Made by a program: the position numbers and the translations under genes. Under the pieces are notes generated by a model, which was not told the DNA's origin, made no database searches, and saw only the letters and a list, made by a program, of their open reading frames with translations. Below are positions 19,037-29,198 of a stretch of 48,195 bases of DNA, in pieces. Position 1 is the first letter of the stretch, and each line of letters begins with the position of its first letter. Source of the DNA: an uncultured Sulfurimonas sp. (GTDB taxonomy: Bacteria; Campylobacterota; Campylobacteria; Campylobacterales; Sulfurimonadaceae); contig CAYWVG010000001.1 in NCBI GenBank assembly GCA_964461645.1, forward strand, positions 1 through 48,195, in the 5' to 3' direction.

Positions 19037-22000
19037 CTATTTCTCTTTTTTATCTTTAAACATCTCAAATGGTAGAAAGAGAGTTCTCTTAATAATATTA
19101 AGAGGAGCTACTATTATGTCTTTGGCTATAAGGCTGCTAACTTCTGGATCATTAAGTTTTCCACTTATCTTCATAGATGTTGAGATGCTATCATCCCCTA
19201 AAAGTATATAACCAACTACTGGGACCTTTGAAAAACTACTACCTAAGTCTGTTTTTAGATTTAGCGTAAGATCTATGCTGTTTTTAACATAACTAGCTGT
19301 TCCATAACCAACTATATCTATCTCTTTTGAGTTTAATGATATATCGCTAAAGTCTAAGATATCATCTTTTGCGTGAAAATTTACATAAGCATTTTTTACT
19401 TCAAGTCCATTTTTGCTATATCCAGGGAGAGAAAATGTTACAAGAGAAGGTATAGTATTTACAAACGCAAGTATATTATTTAAAATTTTATAATCAACTA
19501 TTGTAGTATCTTTTATTTGGATAAGCCCCTTATATTCATCAAGATTACCTTGCATAGAAAAAGACAATACACCGCCTTTAAAATCAGATAGATAGAAGAG
19601 TTTATCCATAAAGTCATCTCCAAAGCCAGCGCCATATAGATAAAATTCTCCATCTTTTAACTCAAAACCAGCACTTCCAGTTCTATGCTTTAGTTGAGCG
19701 TTAATAATATTGTTAAAGTACTGTAGTTGCATGGTTTGAGAGATTACATGTCTATTTTCATCTATATAAAAGTAACAATCTTTTGAGTCAAAGATAATAT
19801 TAGTCTCACTTTTTGATTTTGAATTTCTTTGTTTTATGAAACTAAGTATGGCATTTATATTTATACCTATATTGTTTGCCCATATTTTTATATCTTTGTT
19901 CACTCTAAGGTCTATATTATTGTTTATATTTATGATGGTATCTTTTGAAATTTCATCTATATATCCTCTTAATACATAGTCTTCTACTGGTTTATTATTA
20001 AAAGTAAGAAATTTATATGGATATTTGATATTTGCAAAAAAGCCTATATTTTTATCTGATTGTTTTTTATAGATGCTAATGTCACCATTTGTTAGATTGT
20101 AGTCTTGAAGAAGTTTTGAATTTTGTGACAACTTGTGAAGTGAATTTAACTCTAGCATCCATCCATTATCATCTAAATTAAGATTAGCATCAAAAGCATT
20201 TGTCTTGATGGTTGTTTGTTTATCATGGTGTTTTATATCTAACTTTAGAATGTCGTTCGAGTTAAATACTTCACCTATGTCATTATCCTCAAAATGAAGT
20301 TCTTTAAGATTTATTACTCCTTCATTTTTATTTAAATTATAAAATGCATTAAATTTTACATCTGCTAAATTTTTAATATTTAATTTGGAAGACATTACTC
20401 TAAAATTGTATTCATTTAATTCTATTATAGTGCCACCAAGTGTGTAGTGTAAACCTTTTGCAGTAAATCTTATATCTTCATCTGAGTCTAAGATAAGGTT
20501 TTTATCATACTCTAATTTTAGCGAAGCACTCGATTGATTCATTTTAATATCATCTAATTTAAACGTAAGCAAATCAATATCAAAATTTGCGCGTATTGGA
20601 TTTAATACTAACTCTCCAGAGGCAAAAGCAGTTAAAATATTTTGCATTTTGATGTATGCAGTTGGAATTTTGGCCTTAAGAGTCTTCAAGTCAAATAAAA
20701 CACTTAAAGCATCAAGCTCAATGGTATTATTTTTATAATTCCACTTTGATTTTTCTATTGCGATAGTATCTTGTTTATTTGAGATAGTATAAGTTGCTTG
20801 TAGTCTCTTTTGCTGAAGTACCATGTCATTAAAAGAAATATCTTGTATATTAAAATCTAATTTTCCTTCACTCTTCTTAGCATCATACACAACATCAACT
20901 ATAGCAGTAATAATGTCTTTGTATTTTGCATGCATCTTTGGTATGTGAACATCGTAGTTATCCAGATAGACCTTAGTATCAGTTACATCAATATCTAGAC
21001 CTAAGTAGTTGAAATTTGCTTCTTTTGTGTAAAATACACCTTTAGCATCTACATTTATCCTACGAAGTCCTACGGTGATTTTCAAGTCAGTTGCAACACT
21101 ACCACTGTTTTGCAGGATTGGAAGCTTAATCTTGTATGTATTTAAAAGGTATAATAGGTCTTTAGTTACCTTGCCATCGAAGTTTAAAAAGAGACTAAGT
21201 AGCTCTTCTTTTTTAGAAAAATCTATTTTAAGCCAGCTATTTTGTAGATTAAATCCATACTGATAAGTTTCTTGTGGCCTTATATACAAAACTCCATCTA
21301 TAAATTCTAGTTCAGTTTTTTGCGTAATAACAGGTTCAAGTTCTTTATTGTAAGTATAAGTTAGATTGGATGCACTAGCTTTGACTATGATGTTTTTATA
21401 TGCATCTTGCAGTCTTTCATAATCAATCCATCCAGATGCACCCTTTAGTTCTAAATCATCAAATGTAATAGCATCATAAGCCCAATACTTAACTTCTTTT
21501 GGCATATCTATAATTTGCATAGTGTGCATAAGATTTTTTATCTTCTCTTTTGCTTGAACTTTATAAAAAAGTTTTTTGGTATTTGCTATTGCATATGTTT
21601 TTAAAAAAATATCATCATTTATATTGATATTTAAATTAGAGAGCAACTCTTTATTATGCCCACCAAAGATTATATTTCCATCAATATTGACCTTACTTTT
21701 AAAGTGAGAAAATTTTTCAATCTCAGCATTTAAATAATTAGACTCATAAAAAATGTTACTCTTTAGCGAGAACTCCTTTGATGATGCTATAAAATACCCA
21801 TTTGAACCATTTATATATAAAAAAGAAGCATCTATATCATTAAAGCTAATTTTTTTTACTTCAAATTTCTCAAACCAGTTGTCAAAAAGAAGGATTATTT
21901 TTAAAAGCTCATTAAGTCCATCAGCGCGTAGTTCTGTATTGTTTTGTTCTGAATTACTGGTGATTTTGAGCTCTTCTATACTTATATTTAGTTTTTCATT

Positions 22001-22174
22001 CCATTTAATGTATAATCTCTCGATTTCAATATTTGGCAGAGATATATTTTTGATATGGATGCCATTTTGTAGTAGTATAAATAAAAGGCTGAGCGTCAAA
22101 AATATGAATGATAAAACACTAACGATTATAAAGTGGATTTTTGAGATAGTATTAATTATTATTTTATCGTTCAT
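19037..22174 (-). CDS. AsmA-like / YhdP-type envelope protein
   Basis: N-terminal TM anchor, long beta-rich body, AsmA-like C-terminus (VPVVGYILLG...ISGKLNDPEV). Confidence 0.8.
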   Translation of the reverse strand: MNDKIIINTISKIHFIIVSVLSFIFLTLSLLFILLQNGIHIKNISLPNIEIERLYIKWNEKLNISIEELKITSNSEQNNTELRADGLNELLKIILLFDNWFEKFEVKKISFNDIDASFLYINGSNGYFIASSKEFSLKSNIFYESNYLNAEIEKFSHFKSKVNIDGNIIFGGHNKELLSNLNININDDIFLKTYAIANTKKLFYKVQAKEKIKNLMHTMQIIDMPKEVKYWAYDAITFDDLELKGASGWIDYERLQDAYKNIIVKASASNLTYTYNKELEPVITQKTELEFIDGVLYIRPQETYQYGFNLQNSWLKIDFSKKEELLSLFLNFDGKVTKDLLYLLNTYKIKLPILQNSGSVATDLKITVGLRRINVDAKGVFYTKEANFNYLGLDIDVTDTKVYLDNYDVHIPKMHAKYKDIITAIVDVVYDAKKSEGKLDFNIQDISFNDMVLQQKRLQATYTISNKQDTIAIEKSKWNYKNNTIELDALSVLFDLKTLKAKIPTAYIKMQNILTAFASGELVLNPIRANFDIDLLTFKLDDIKMNQSSASLKLEYDKNLILDSDEDIRFTAKGLHYTLGGTIIELNEYNFRVMSSKLNIKNLADVKFNAFYNLNKNEGVINLKELHFEDNDIGEVFNSNDILKLDIKHHDKQTTIKTNAFDANLNLDDNGWMLELNSLHKLSQNSKLLQDYNLTNGDISIYKKQSDKNIGFFANIKYPYKFLTFNNKPVEDYVLRGYIDEISKDTIININNNIDLRVNKDIKIWANNIGININAILSFIKQRNSKSKSETNIIFDSKDCYFYIDENRHVISQTMQLQYFNNIINAQLKHRTGSAGFELKDGEFYLYGAGFGDDFMDKLFYLSDFKGGVLSFSMQGNLDEYKGLIQIKDTTIVDYKILNNILAFVNTIPSLVTFSLPGYSKNGLEVKNAYVNFHAKDDILDFSDISLNSKEIDIVGYGTASYVKNSIDLTLNLKTDLGSSFSKVPVVGYILLGDDSISTSMKISGKLNDPEVSSLIAKDIIVAPLNIIKRTLFLPFEMFKDKKEK

Positions 22175-23048
22175 GTATTACCTAAATCAACCTGTGCGTA
22201 GCCCTAAAGTGGTCTTTATACCACAAGGCTCTATAAATCAGATTATAACACAACTGAGTCATAATAACTACAATGTATCTAAATTAGATTCGCTTCTGTT
22301 AAGGCTAATTGGCTCTCCTCAAAGCGGTTGGATTGATATGAAAAGTACTTATAATACAAGAGGTGATTTTTTATATAAACTAACAACTGCAAAAGCAGCA
22401 CTCCAAAATGTAACACTTATACCAGGTGAGACTACATATATATTTTTAGATGATTTGGCGTTGAAGTTGAACCTAGATAGAGATAAGCTTGAAAGTGAGT
22501 TTTTATCACAAAGTAAGATAGAAGAGGGTGCTTTTGTTCCAAACACATATAGATTGCCGCTTGGTATAACTGAAAAAGAACTCATTAGAATTCTTCTATA
22601 TGAATCAAATCAACAGATGCAAAAATTATCTAAAAAGCTTTTTGGAACTTATAATGAGAAGAAATGGTTTCAAATTGTAGCACTTGCATCTGTAATAGAA
22701 AAAGAATCAGCCAATATAAAAGAGATGCCACTTGTTAGTTCAGTAATACATAATCGTATAAAAAAAGGCATGAAGCTACAGATGGATGGAACTCTAAATT
22801 ATGGCAAATACTCTCATATCAAGATAACTCCACAAAGAATCAGAGAAGATGAGAGTATCTATAATACCTACAAATATGGGGGTGTGCCGAGCATTCCTGT
22901 CTGTAATGTAAGCTTTGATGCTATCAAGTCTGCAGTCTTTCCTGCTAAGACGTCTTACTTGTATTTTATGAAAAATAAAGCTGGTACTCATGATTTCTCA
23001 CGTAACTATTCTACACATTTAAGCAATATAAAGCGTGTTACCAAATGA
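22104..23048 (+). CDS. mltG: endolytic transglycosylase MltG (YceG)
   Basis: TM anchor from ATG 22104; TLIPGET, ASVIEKES (catalytic Glu), MKLQMD, YNTYKYGG. Confidence 0.92.
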   Translation: MNDKTLTIIKWIFEIVLIIILSFMYYLNQPVRSPKVVFIPQGSINQIITQLSHNNYNVSKLDSLLLRLIGSPQSGWIDMKSTYNTRGDFLYKLTTAKAALQNVTLIPGETTYIFLDDLALKLNLDRDKLESEFLSQSKIEEGAFVPNTYRLPLGITEKELIRILLYESNQQMQKLSKKLFGTYNEKKWFQIVALASVIEKESANIKEMPLVSSVIHNRIKKGMKLQMDGTLNYGKYSHIKITPQRIREDESIYNTYKYGGVPSIPVCNVSFDAIKSAVFPAKTSYLYFMKNKAGTHDFSRNYSTHLSNIKRVTK

Positions 23049-23189
23049 AACAAAAAGGAAATATAGGTAAATCTTTAGACCGGCTTTGAGCAAATTATTT
23101 ATCTTAGTGTTATGATTGTCCTGTAAGTTTTTGTGGGGTCACTCTTGTGATTATTATAAAAACAAAAAATATTAAACCAAGGACAAAAA

Positions 23190-25382
23190 ATGTCAAAAAT
23201 TATTTGGTCAAAAATTGATGAAGCTCCAGCTTTAGCAACTTACTCACTTTTACCAATCGTAAGTGCTTTCACAAAATCTGCAGGTGTTGATGTAGTTACT
23301 AGTAATATCTCACTCGCAGGTAGAGTTATCTCTAAGTTTCCACAGAGATTAAAAGAAGACCAAAGAATTGCTGATGACTTAGCAGAGCTTGGAAATATTG
23401 TTCAACTCTCAGATGCTAACATTATAAAGCTTCCAAATATTTCAGCTTCTGTGCCTCAACTAATGGAGTGTATAGCAGAGCTTCAATCTCAAGGTTATGA
23501 TATTCCTAACTATCCAGAAGAGCCAAAATCTGATGAAGAAAAAAATCTTCAAACGCTTTTTTCAACTTGTTTAGGCTCAGCAGTTAATCCTGTTCTTCGT
23601 GAGGGTAATTCAGATAGAAGAGCGGCAGCGGCTGTTAAAAACTTTGCAAAGAAAAATCCTCATAAGCTTCGTCCATTTGAGAAAGACTCAAAAGCTTGTG
23701 TAGCACACATGGATGGTGGAGATTTTTACTCAAATGAGCAGTCTATCATCATGTCAGGTAGCGGTAAAGTAACGATAGAACAAAATGGAAAAGTTCTAAG
23801 AGAGATAGATGCACAGGATAAAGAGATACTTGATGCTACCTTTATGTCAGCATCAGCACTTGCATCTTTTTACCAAAAAACTTTGGATGATGCAAAGGCG
23901 AATGGTAACTTATGGTCACTTCACCTAAAAGCTACTATGATGAAAGTTAGTGATCCTATCATGTTTGGTCACGCTGTAAAAGTTTTCTTCAAAGATGTTT
24001 TTGCAAAATATGGCTCAGAGTTAAAAGCTATCGGTTACAATGCAAACATGGGTCTAGGTGACTTATATAAGAAGTTAGAAAACTCACCTAAAAAAGATGG
24101 AATCATAGCTGCATTAAAAGCTACTTATAGCACTCAACCAGCTCTAGCTATGGTTGACTCTGATAAAGGGATCACAAATTTACACGCTTCAAATGATATT
24201 ATTATAGATGCTTCAATGCCTGTTGTGATTCGTGATGGCGGTAAGATGTGGAATAAAGATGGTAAAACACAAGAGTGCGTATCGGTTATTCCAGATGCAT
24301 CATACGCAGTCTTTTTCAAGGCTATGGTTGATGATTGTGTTGCAAATGGTCAGTATGATGTCTCAACTATGGGTAATGTTGCAAATGTTGGGCTTATGGC
24401 ACAAAAAGCAGAAGAGTATGGCTCTCATCCAACTACTATAGAACTGGCTGAAGCTGGAACTGTAGAGGTAAAAGACGCATCAGGAAATGTTTTGATGAGT
24501 CATAAATGCGAAGCTGGAGATATCTACAGAATGTCTCGTGCTAAAGACATCCCAATCAAAGACTGGGTAAGATTGGCGGTTGAGAGAGCAAAGCTTACAG
24601 GTTCTCCAGCTGTGTTTTGGTTAGATGAAAATCGTGCACACGATGCAAATATGATTAAAAAAGTAAATGAGTATTTAAAAGATCATGATACAAAAGGTTT
24701 AGAGCTTCCTATTATGAACGTAACAGATGCTACAAAATACACAAATGAGAGAGTTCGCAAGGGACTAGATACTATCTCTGTAACTGGTAACGTTTTAAGA
24801 GACTATTTAACAGATATGTATCCAATCTTAGAACTTGGAACTTCTGCTAAAATGTTATCTATAGTTCCACTTATCGCTGGTGGAGGCCTTTTTGAAACTG
24901 GTGCTGGCGGATCTGCTCCTAAGCATGTTGATCAATTTTTAGAAGAGGGACACTTAAGATGGGACTCACTAGGAGAGTTTTTGGCACTTGCTGAATCTTT
25001 AAGATTTATTGCTCAAAAAAATGACTCTAAAAAACTAGCAGTTGTAACTGCGGCTCTTGATGTTGCTAACAACGCTTACCTTGATAATGACAAATCACCA
25101 TCAAGAAAATGTGGAGAGCCAGATAACAAAGCTTCTCACTTCTTTGTAGCACAATACTGGGCTGATGCGCTTGCATCTCAAAGTGATGATGCAGAGTTAG
25201 CGGCTAAGTTTGCTCCAATAGCACAAGCACTAAAAGAGAATGAAGCTAAGATTATAAAAGAGTTACTCTCAGTTGAGGGTAAGGCTCAAGATATTGGCGG
25301 ATACTACCATCCTGATGATGCAAAAGCCGAAGCTGCGATGAGACCATCAGAGACTCTAAATACTATTATAAATTCGATATAA
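23190..25382 (+). CDS. icd: monomeric NADP-dependent isocitrate dehydrogenase
   Basis: [60 protein letters not shown]. Confidence 0.97.
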   Translation: MSKIIWSKIDEAPALATYSLLPIVSAFTKSAGVDVVTSNISLAGRVISKFPQRLKEDQRIADDLAELGNIVQLSDANIIKLPNISASVPQLMECIAELQSQGYDIPNYPEEPKSDEEKNLQTLFSTCLGSAVNPVLREGNSDRRAAAAVKNFAKKNPHKLRPFEKDSKACVAHMDGGDFYSNEQSIIMSGSGKVTIEQNGKVLREIDAQDKEILDATFMSASALASFYQKTLDDAKANGNLWSLHLKATMMKVSDPIMFGHAVKVFFKDVFAKYGSELKAIGYNANMGLGDLYKKLENSPKKDGIIAALKATYSTQPALAMVDSDKGITNLHASNDIIIDASMPVVIRDGGKMWNKDGKTQECVSVIPDASYAVFFKAMVDDCVANGQYDVSTMGNVANVGLMAQKAEEYGSHPTTIELAEAGTVEVKDASGNVLMSHKCEAGDIYRMSRAKDIPIKDWVRLAVERAKLTGSPAVFWLDENRAHDANMIKKVNEYLKDHDTKGLELPIMNVTDATKYTNERVRKGLDTISVTGNVLRDYLTDMYPILELGTSAKMLSIVPLIAGGGLFETGAGGSAPKHVDQFLEEGHLRWDSLGEFLALAESLRFIAQKNDSKKLAVVTAALDVANNAYLDNDKSPSRKCGEPDNKASHFFVAQYWADALASQSDDAELAAKFAPIAQALKENEAKIIKELLSVEGKAQDIGGYYHPDDAKAEAAMRPSETLNTIINSI

Positions 25383-25403
25383 TACAAAAAGAGCAAAACT
25401 ACA

Positions 25404-25435
25404 TGCATCAAAGAAGCAAAAGCTTGTTTGATGCA
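25404..25435 (+). terminator. stem-loop downstream of icd
   Basis: TGCATCAAA-G-AAGC-AAAA-GCTT-G-TTTGATGCA; no strong U-tract, so it may be a stability hairpin. Confidence 0.45.
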
Positions 25436-25507
25436 ATAGCGAAGATTTAAAGATTAATTTAACCTAATCTTTAATTTTTTACTATTTTAAATATCAAAAG
25501 GAGTACT

Positions 25508-26458
25508 ATGAGAGGTAAAAGAGTAGCAATTGTAGGCGTTGGAAATGTCGGCTCATCTGTAGCTTATTCTTTGGCAATGACTGGTTCTTGCCATGAAGTA
25601 ATAATAAGAGCTAATGATGTTAACAAGGCAAGAGGAAAAGCATTAGACCTCTCTCAAGCTGCTCAGGCTGCTAGAAAACATACTGTTATTTCTGTGGCTG
25701 AGACACTAGAAGATGTGAAAGATTGCGATGTTGTTGTAATTACAGCAGGTAGCCCTAGGCTTCCTGGAATGAGTAGAGATGATTTGTTACTAAAAAATGC
25801 TCAAGTAATGAAAGATATTGTAAATGTTATAAAAGTTTCATCTCCAAATGCAGTTATTATCCCTGTGTCAAACCCACTAGATGCAATGGTTTATGTTGCT
25901 CTAAAAGAGACTGGTTGGGATAGAAGTAGAGTTTTAGGGATGGCTGGAATCTTAGACAGCGCTAGAATGGCTCACTTTGTATATGCTAAATTGGGCTATG
26001 GAGCAGGGCAGATTAGATGTTCTGTTATGGGTGGTCATGGTGATGACATGGTTCCTCTTCCTAGATTTTCTACTGTAGCTGGAGTTCCGCTAACTGACCT
26101 TTTAACTTGGGATGAGATTAACGAGATAGTTGAAAAAACCAAGAAAGGTGGTGCTGAAATAGTTGAGCTTCTTCAAGATGGAAGTGCTTACTATGCACCA
26201 GCAAAATCAACAGCTTTAATGGTTGAAGCGGTTTTATCTGATACAAAGCAGATATATCCATGTGCTGTAATGTTAAAAGGTGAGTATGGGTATAGTGACG
26301 TAGTCAGCGGAGTTCCCGTAATGATTGGAGCAAAGGGAGTTGAAAAAGTTATAGAGGCTAACCTTAACGATGATCAAGATAGAAAGTTCGCAAAGTCTGT
26401 AGGAAGCGTAAAAGAGCTCATCGACGCTCTTTATACTAACAAATTTTATACTAGATAA
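25508..26458 (+). CDS. mdh: malate dehydrogenase (LDH-like), copy 1
   Basis: GVGNVG Rossmann motif, AGSPRLPGMSRDDL (Arg specifies malate), SNPLD, LDSAR, GGHGD. Confidence 0.93.
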   Translation: MRGKRVAIVGVGNVGSSVAYSLAMTGSCHEVIIRANDVNKARGKALDLSQAAQAARKHTVISVAETLEDVKDCDVVVITAGSPRLPGMSRDDLLLKNAQVMKDIVNVIKVSSPNAVIIPVSNPLDAMVYVALKETGWDRSRVLGMAGILDSARMAHFVYAKLGYGAGQIRCSVMGGHGDDMVPLPRFSTVAGVPLTDLLTWDEINEIVEKTKKGGAEIVELLQDGSAYYAPAKSTALMVEAVLSDTKQIYPCAVMLKGEYGYSDVVSGVPVMIGAKGVEKVIEANLNDDQDRKFAKSVGSVKELIDALYTNKFYTR

Positions 26459-26462
26459 TATT

Positions 26463-26482
26463 AGAGTCATGAATATGACTCT
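26463..26482 (+). terminator. probable intrinsic terminator after mdh copy 1
   Basis: AGAGTCAT-GAAT-ATGACTCT followed by a pyrimidine run. Confidence 0.45.
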
Positions 26483-26640
26483 TTCTCCTTATAATACTTC
26501 TTCTCTTATCTACTCTATCGTAAGTTGTAAATATATTTAATGGATTTTTTTCAAAGCTAAATCGTGATATTATAAAAATTATAATATTAGAACAAAAGTT
26601 ATTGTATAAACAAATAAATTATAAATAAAAGGAAAATAGA

Positions 26641-27585
26641 ATGGTAGGTAGAAGAGTAGGTATAGTCGGAGCTGGCTCAGTTGGAGCTACAGCAGCTTAT
26701 AGCTTAACCATGACTGGAAGATGTCACGAGGTTATACTTTATGATATAGATAGTAATTTAACTATTGGAAAGTCTATGGATATTGGCCAGTCTACAAGCT
26801 ACTCTCCTAGGGGAACAATAGTAACTCCAGCGCTTCATCCAAGTGAAATGAAGGATTGTGATATTGTAGTTATAACTGCTGGTGTTCCAAGAAAAGGTGA
26901 TATGACTAGAGCAGATTTACTAATGGTAAACGCAAAAATTATGAAAGATGTCGTTGCTAATGTTATGAAATACTCTCCAAATGCCATCATTTTATGTGTA
27001 TCAAACCCTCTAGATATAATGACTTACGTTATTCATAGGATGACAAACTGGGGTAAAAATAGAATTATAGGTATGGCTGGAGCACTAGACGGTGCTAGAA
27101 TGGCCTATGAGATATATAAAAAAATTGGGTTTGGCTCTGGGCAAGTAAAAGGAATGTTAATTGGTGATCACGGGCAAAATATGGTTCCAATGCCTGAAAT
27201 ATCTTCAATAGGTGGTGTTCCACTAGATCAAATTGTTACGAAACGAGACATGCAAGATATTATTGCGAGAACAAAAGATGGCGGCGCTCAAATAGTTAAA
27301 CATCTTGGCACTTCAGCCTACTACGCACCGGGTCGTGCTGTAGCAGTTATGGTTGAAGCTATACTTGATGATTCTAAAATTGTGATGCCATCTTCTGTAC
27401 TTCTTGATGGAGAATATGGATATAGTGACGTTTGTGTTGGTGTTCCTGTTGTTCTTGGTAGCAAAGGAGTAGAAAAAATCATTGAGTTAGAGTTAGATGA
27501 TGAAACAAAAGCAAAGTTTAAAATCTCAGTTGACTCTATAAAAGAGGGTATAGAAATTTTAGAAAAGAACAATTTTTTTGTGTAG
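26641..27585 (+). CDS. mdh: malate dehydrogenase (LDH-like), copy 2
   Basis: GAGSVG, LYDID, AGVPRKGDMTRADL, SNPLD, LDGAR, GDHG. Confidence 0.92.
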   Translation: MVGRRVGIVGAGSVGATAAYSLTMTGRCHEVILYDIDSNLTIGKSMDIGQSTSYSPRGTIVTPALHPSEMKDCDIVVITAGVPRKGDMTRADLLMVNAKIMKDVVANVMKYSPNAIILCVSNPLDIMTYVIHRMTNWGKNRIIGMAGALDGARMAYEIYKKIGFGSGQVKGMLIGDHGQNMVPMPEISSIGGVPLDQIVTKRDMQDIIARTKDGGAQIVKHLGTSAYYAPGRAVAVMVEAILDDSKIVMPSSVLLDGEYGYSDVCVGVPVVLGSKGVEKIIELELDDETKAKFKISVDSIKEGIEILEKNNFFV

Positions 27586-27637
27586 AAACTACACCTTTTG
27601 ACACTAATTCATAGTTTTTAGTGTGTAGATTTTACAC
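27580..27637. promoter_or_regulatory. pair of palindromic boxes upstream of the fumarase-sucCD genes
   Basis: GTGTAG-AAA-CTACAC (27580-27594) and GTGTAG-ATT-TTACAC (27623-27637). Confidence 0.45.
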
Positions 27638-27753
27638 ATTTTTCCATATGTTTTAAAAATTATATTGATAATAGCCTCTATTATAAAAAGAGTGCTAAAC
27701 TATGCTTCATATATATTTTAGTCTTAAAAAGACAAAAAAGGGGAATCAAAAAA

Positions 27754-28605
27754 ATGCGTGAAATTGCATATGAAGAAATAGTGAAAAATGTCAGAGATAT
27801 TATAATATATTCTGCTTCAAACCTACCCCAAGATGCTCTTATAGCTATGCAAGAAGCCTATAAAAATGAAAAAAGCCCAGTAAGTAAAGAAGTTTTAAAG
27901 CAACTCCTAGACAATGCAGATATTGCAAGTAGTGAAGCTCGTCCACTTTGTCAAGACACTGGATTAGCAGTGTTTTTCATAAGACTTGGTGCTGATGTAA
28001 GAGTTGTTGGCGGCCTTTTAAAAGATGCAATAAATGAAGGGACAGAAAAAGGCTATATAGAAGGTTATCTAAGAGCCTCTACTTGTCACCCATTTACTCG
28101 CGCAAACAACAAAGATAGTGTTGGTTACAACTTACCTGCAATCATTCACCTTGATATAGTTGAAGGTGATAAGATAGATATAGAGTACGCTGCAAAAGGT
28201 GGTGGAAGTGAAAATGTATCACGTGCAAGAGTTTTCCCTCCAGCTGCTGGAAAGCAAGGTGTCATAGACTATGTAAGAGAGTGTATCTCAGATGCTGGAC
28301 CAAACCCTTGTCCTCCTTTAACAGTGGGAGTTGGTATTGGTGGAACTTTTGAAAAAGCAGTAATTAGTTCTAAACATGCGCTATTTCGTAACATAGGTTC
28401 TACAAATGAAGACCCAGAGATGGCAGAGCTTGAAGATGTGATAAAAAAAGAATTAAATAAACTCGGTATTGGAACTATGGGAATGGGTGGAACCGAGACG
28501 GTTTTAGCTGTTCATATAGAAGCAAACCCTTGTCATATAGCATCACTTCCAGTCTCTGTTAATGTTCAGTGCCATAGTTCACGACATACACATATCACTA
28601 TATAA
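27754..28605 (+). CDS. class I (Fe-S) two-subunit fumarate hydratase, alpha subunit
   Basis: PLCQDTG, KGGGSEN, GPNPCPP, CHIASLPV, QCHSSR; TCA gene context favours fumarase over tartrate dehydratase. Confidence 0.9.
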   Translation: MREIAYEEIVKNVRDIIIYSASNLPQDALIAMQEAYKNEKSPVSKEVLKQLLDNADIASSEARPLCQDTGLAVFFIRLGADVRVVGGLLKDAINEGTEKGYIEGYLRASTCHPFTRANNKDSVGYNLPAIIHLDIVEGDKIDIEYAAKGGGSENVSRARVFPPAAGKQGVIDYVRECISDAGPNPCPPLTVGVGIGGTFEKAVISSKHALFRNIGSTNEDPEMAELEDVIKKELNKLGIGTMGMGGTETVLAVHIEANPCHIASLPVSVNVQCHSSRHTHITI

Positions 28606-28614
28606 AGGGTAAAA

Positions 28615-29172
28615 ATGAGTAAAACATATCATTTAACAACTCCACTAAACGATGAAATAACATCAAAGCTTCACAGTGGTGATATCGTATATCTAAGTGG
28701 CACAATATATACAGCCAGAGATGCTGCACATAAGAGGCTTGTTGACCTGCTAGAAGAAGGTAAAGAGCTTCCTTTTGATATAAAAGGTGCAGTTATCTAC
28801 TTCGTTGGGCCAACGCCACCAAAACCTGGTGATCCTATAGGAAGCGCTGGGCCTACTACATCTTACAGAATGGACTCATATTCTCCAAGGCTTATAGCTG
28901 AGGGTTTAAAGGGCATGATAGGTAAGGGTAAAAGAAATGAAGATGTAACAGATGCATGTCAAAAACACAAAGCTATCTACTTTGGTGCTACTGGCGGAGC
29001 TGGGGCACTTTTAGGTAAGAAGATAAAAAGTGCAGAGGTTATTGCTTACGAAGAATTAGGACCTGAAGCGGTAAGAAAACTAGAAGTAGTTGACTTTCCT
29101 GTAACTGTAATCAATGATACTTATGGTGAAGACTTGTATAAAATTGGTCGCTCACAATACGAAGTCAAATAG
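28615..29172 (+). CDS. class I (Fe-S) two-subunit fumarate hydratase, beta subunit
   Basis: TARDAAHKR, GPTTSYRM, MIGKG, ELGPEA. Confidence 0.9.
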   Translation: MSKTYHLTTPLNDEITSKLHSGDIVYLSGTIYTARDAAHKRLVDLLEEGKELPFDIKGAVIYFVGPTPPKPGDPIGSAGPTTSYRMDSYSPRLIAEGLKGMIGKGKRNEDVTDACQKHKAIYFGATGGAGALLGKKIKSAEVIAYEELGPEAVRKLEVVDFPVTVINDTYGEDLYKIGRSQYEVK

Positions 29173-29198
29173 TTTTAATTTTAAAATAAGGAGAATAA

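Noticed and set aside
21753-22103. 117-aa N-terminal extension of MltG
   Set aside because: It is the open antisense frame of the AsmA-like gene; the MltG-like membrane anchor begins at ATG 22104.
26641-27585. Second dehydrogenase as lactate dehydrogenase
   Set aside because: The specificity loop has Arg (GVPRKG), not the Gln of canonical LDH.
27754-29172. L-tartrate dehydratase TtdAB
   Set aside because: Same family, but the position between mdh and sucCD favours fumarase.
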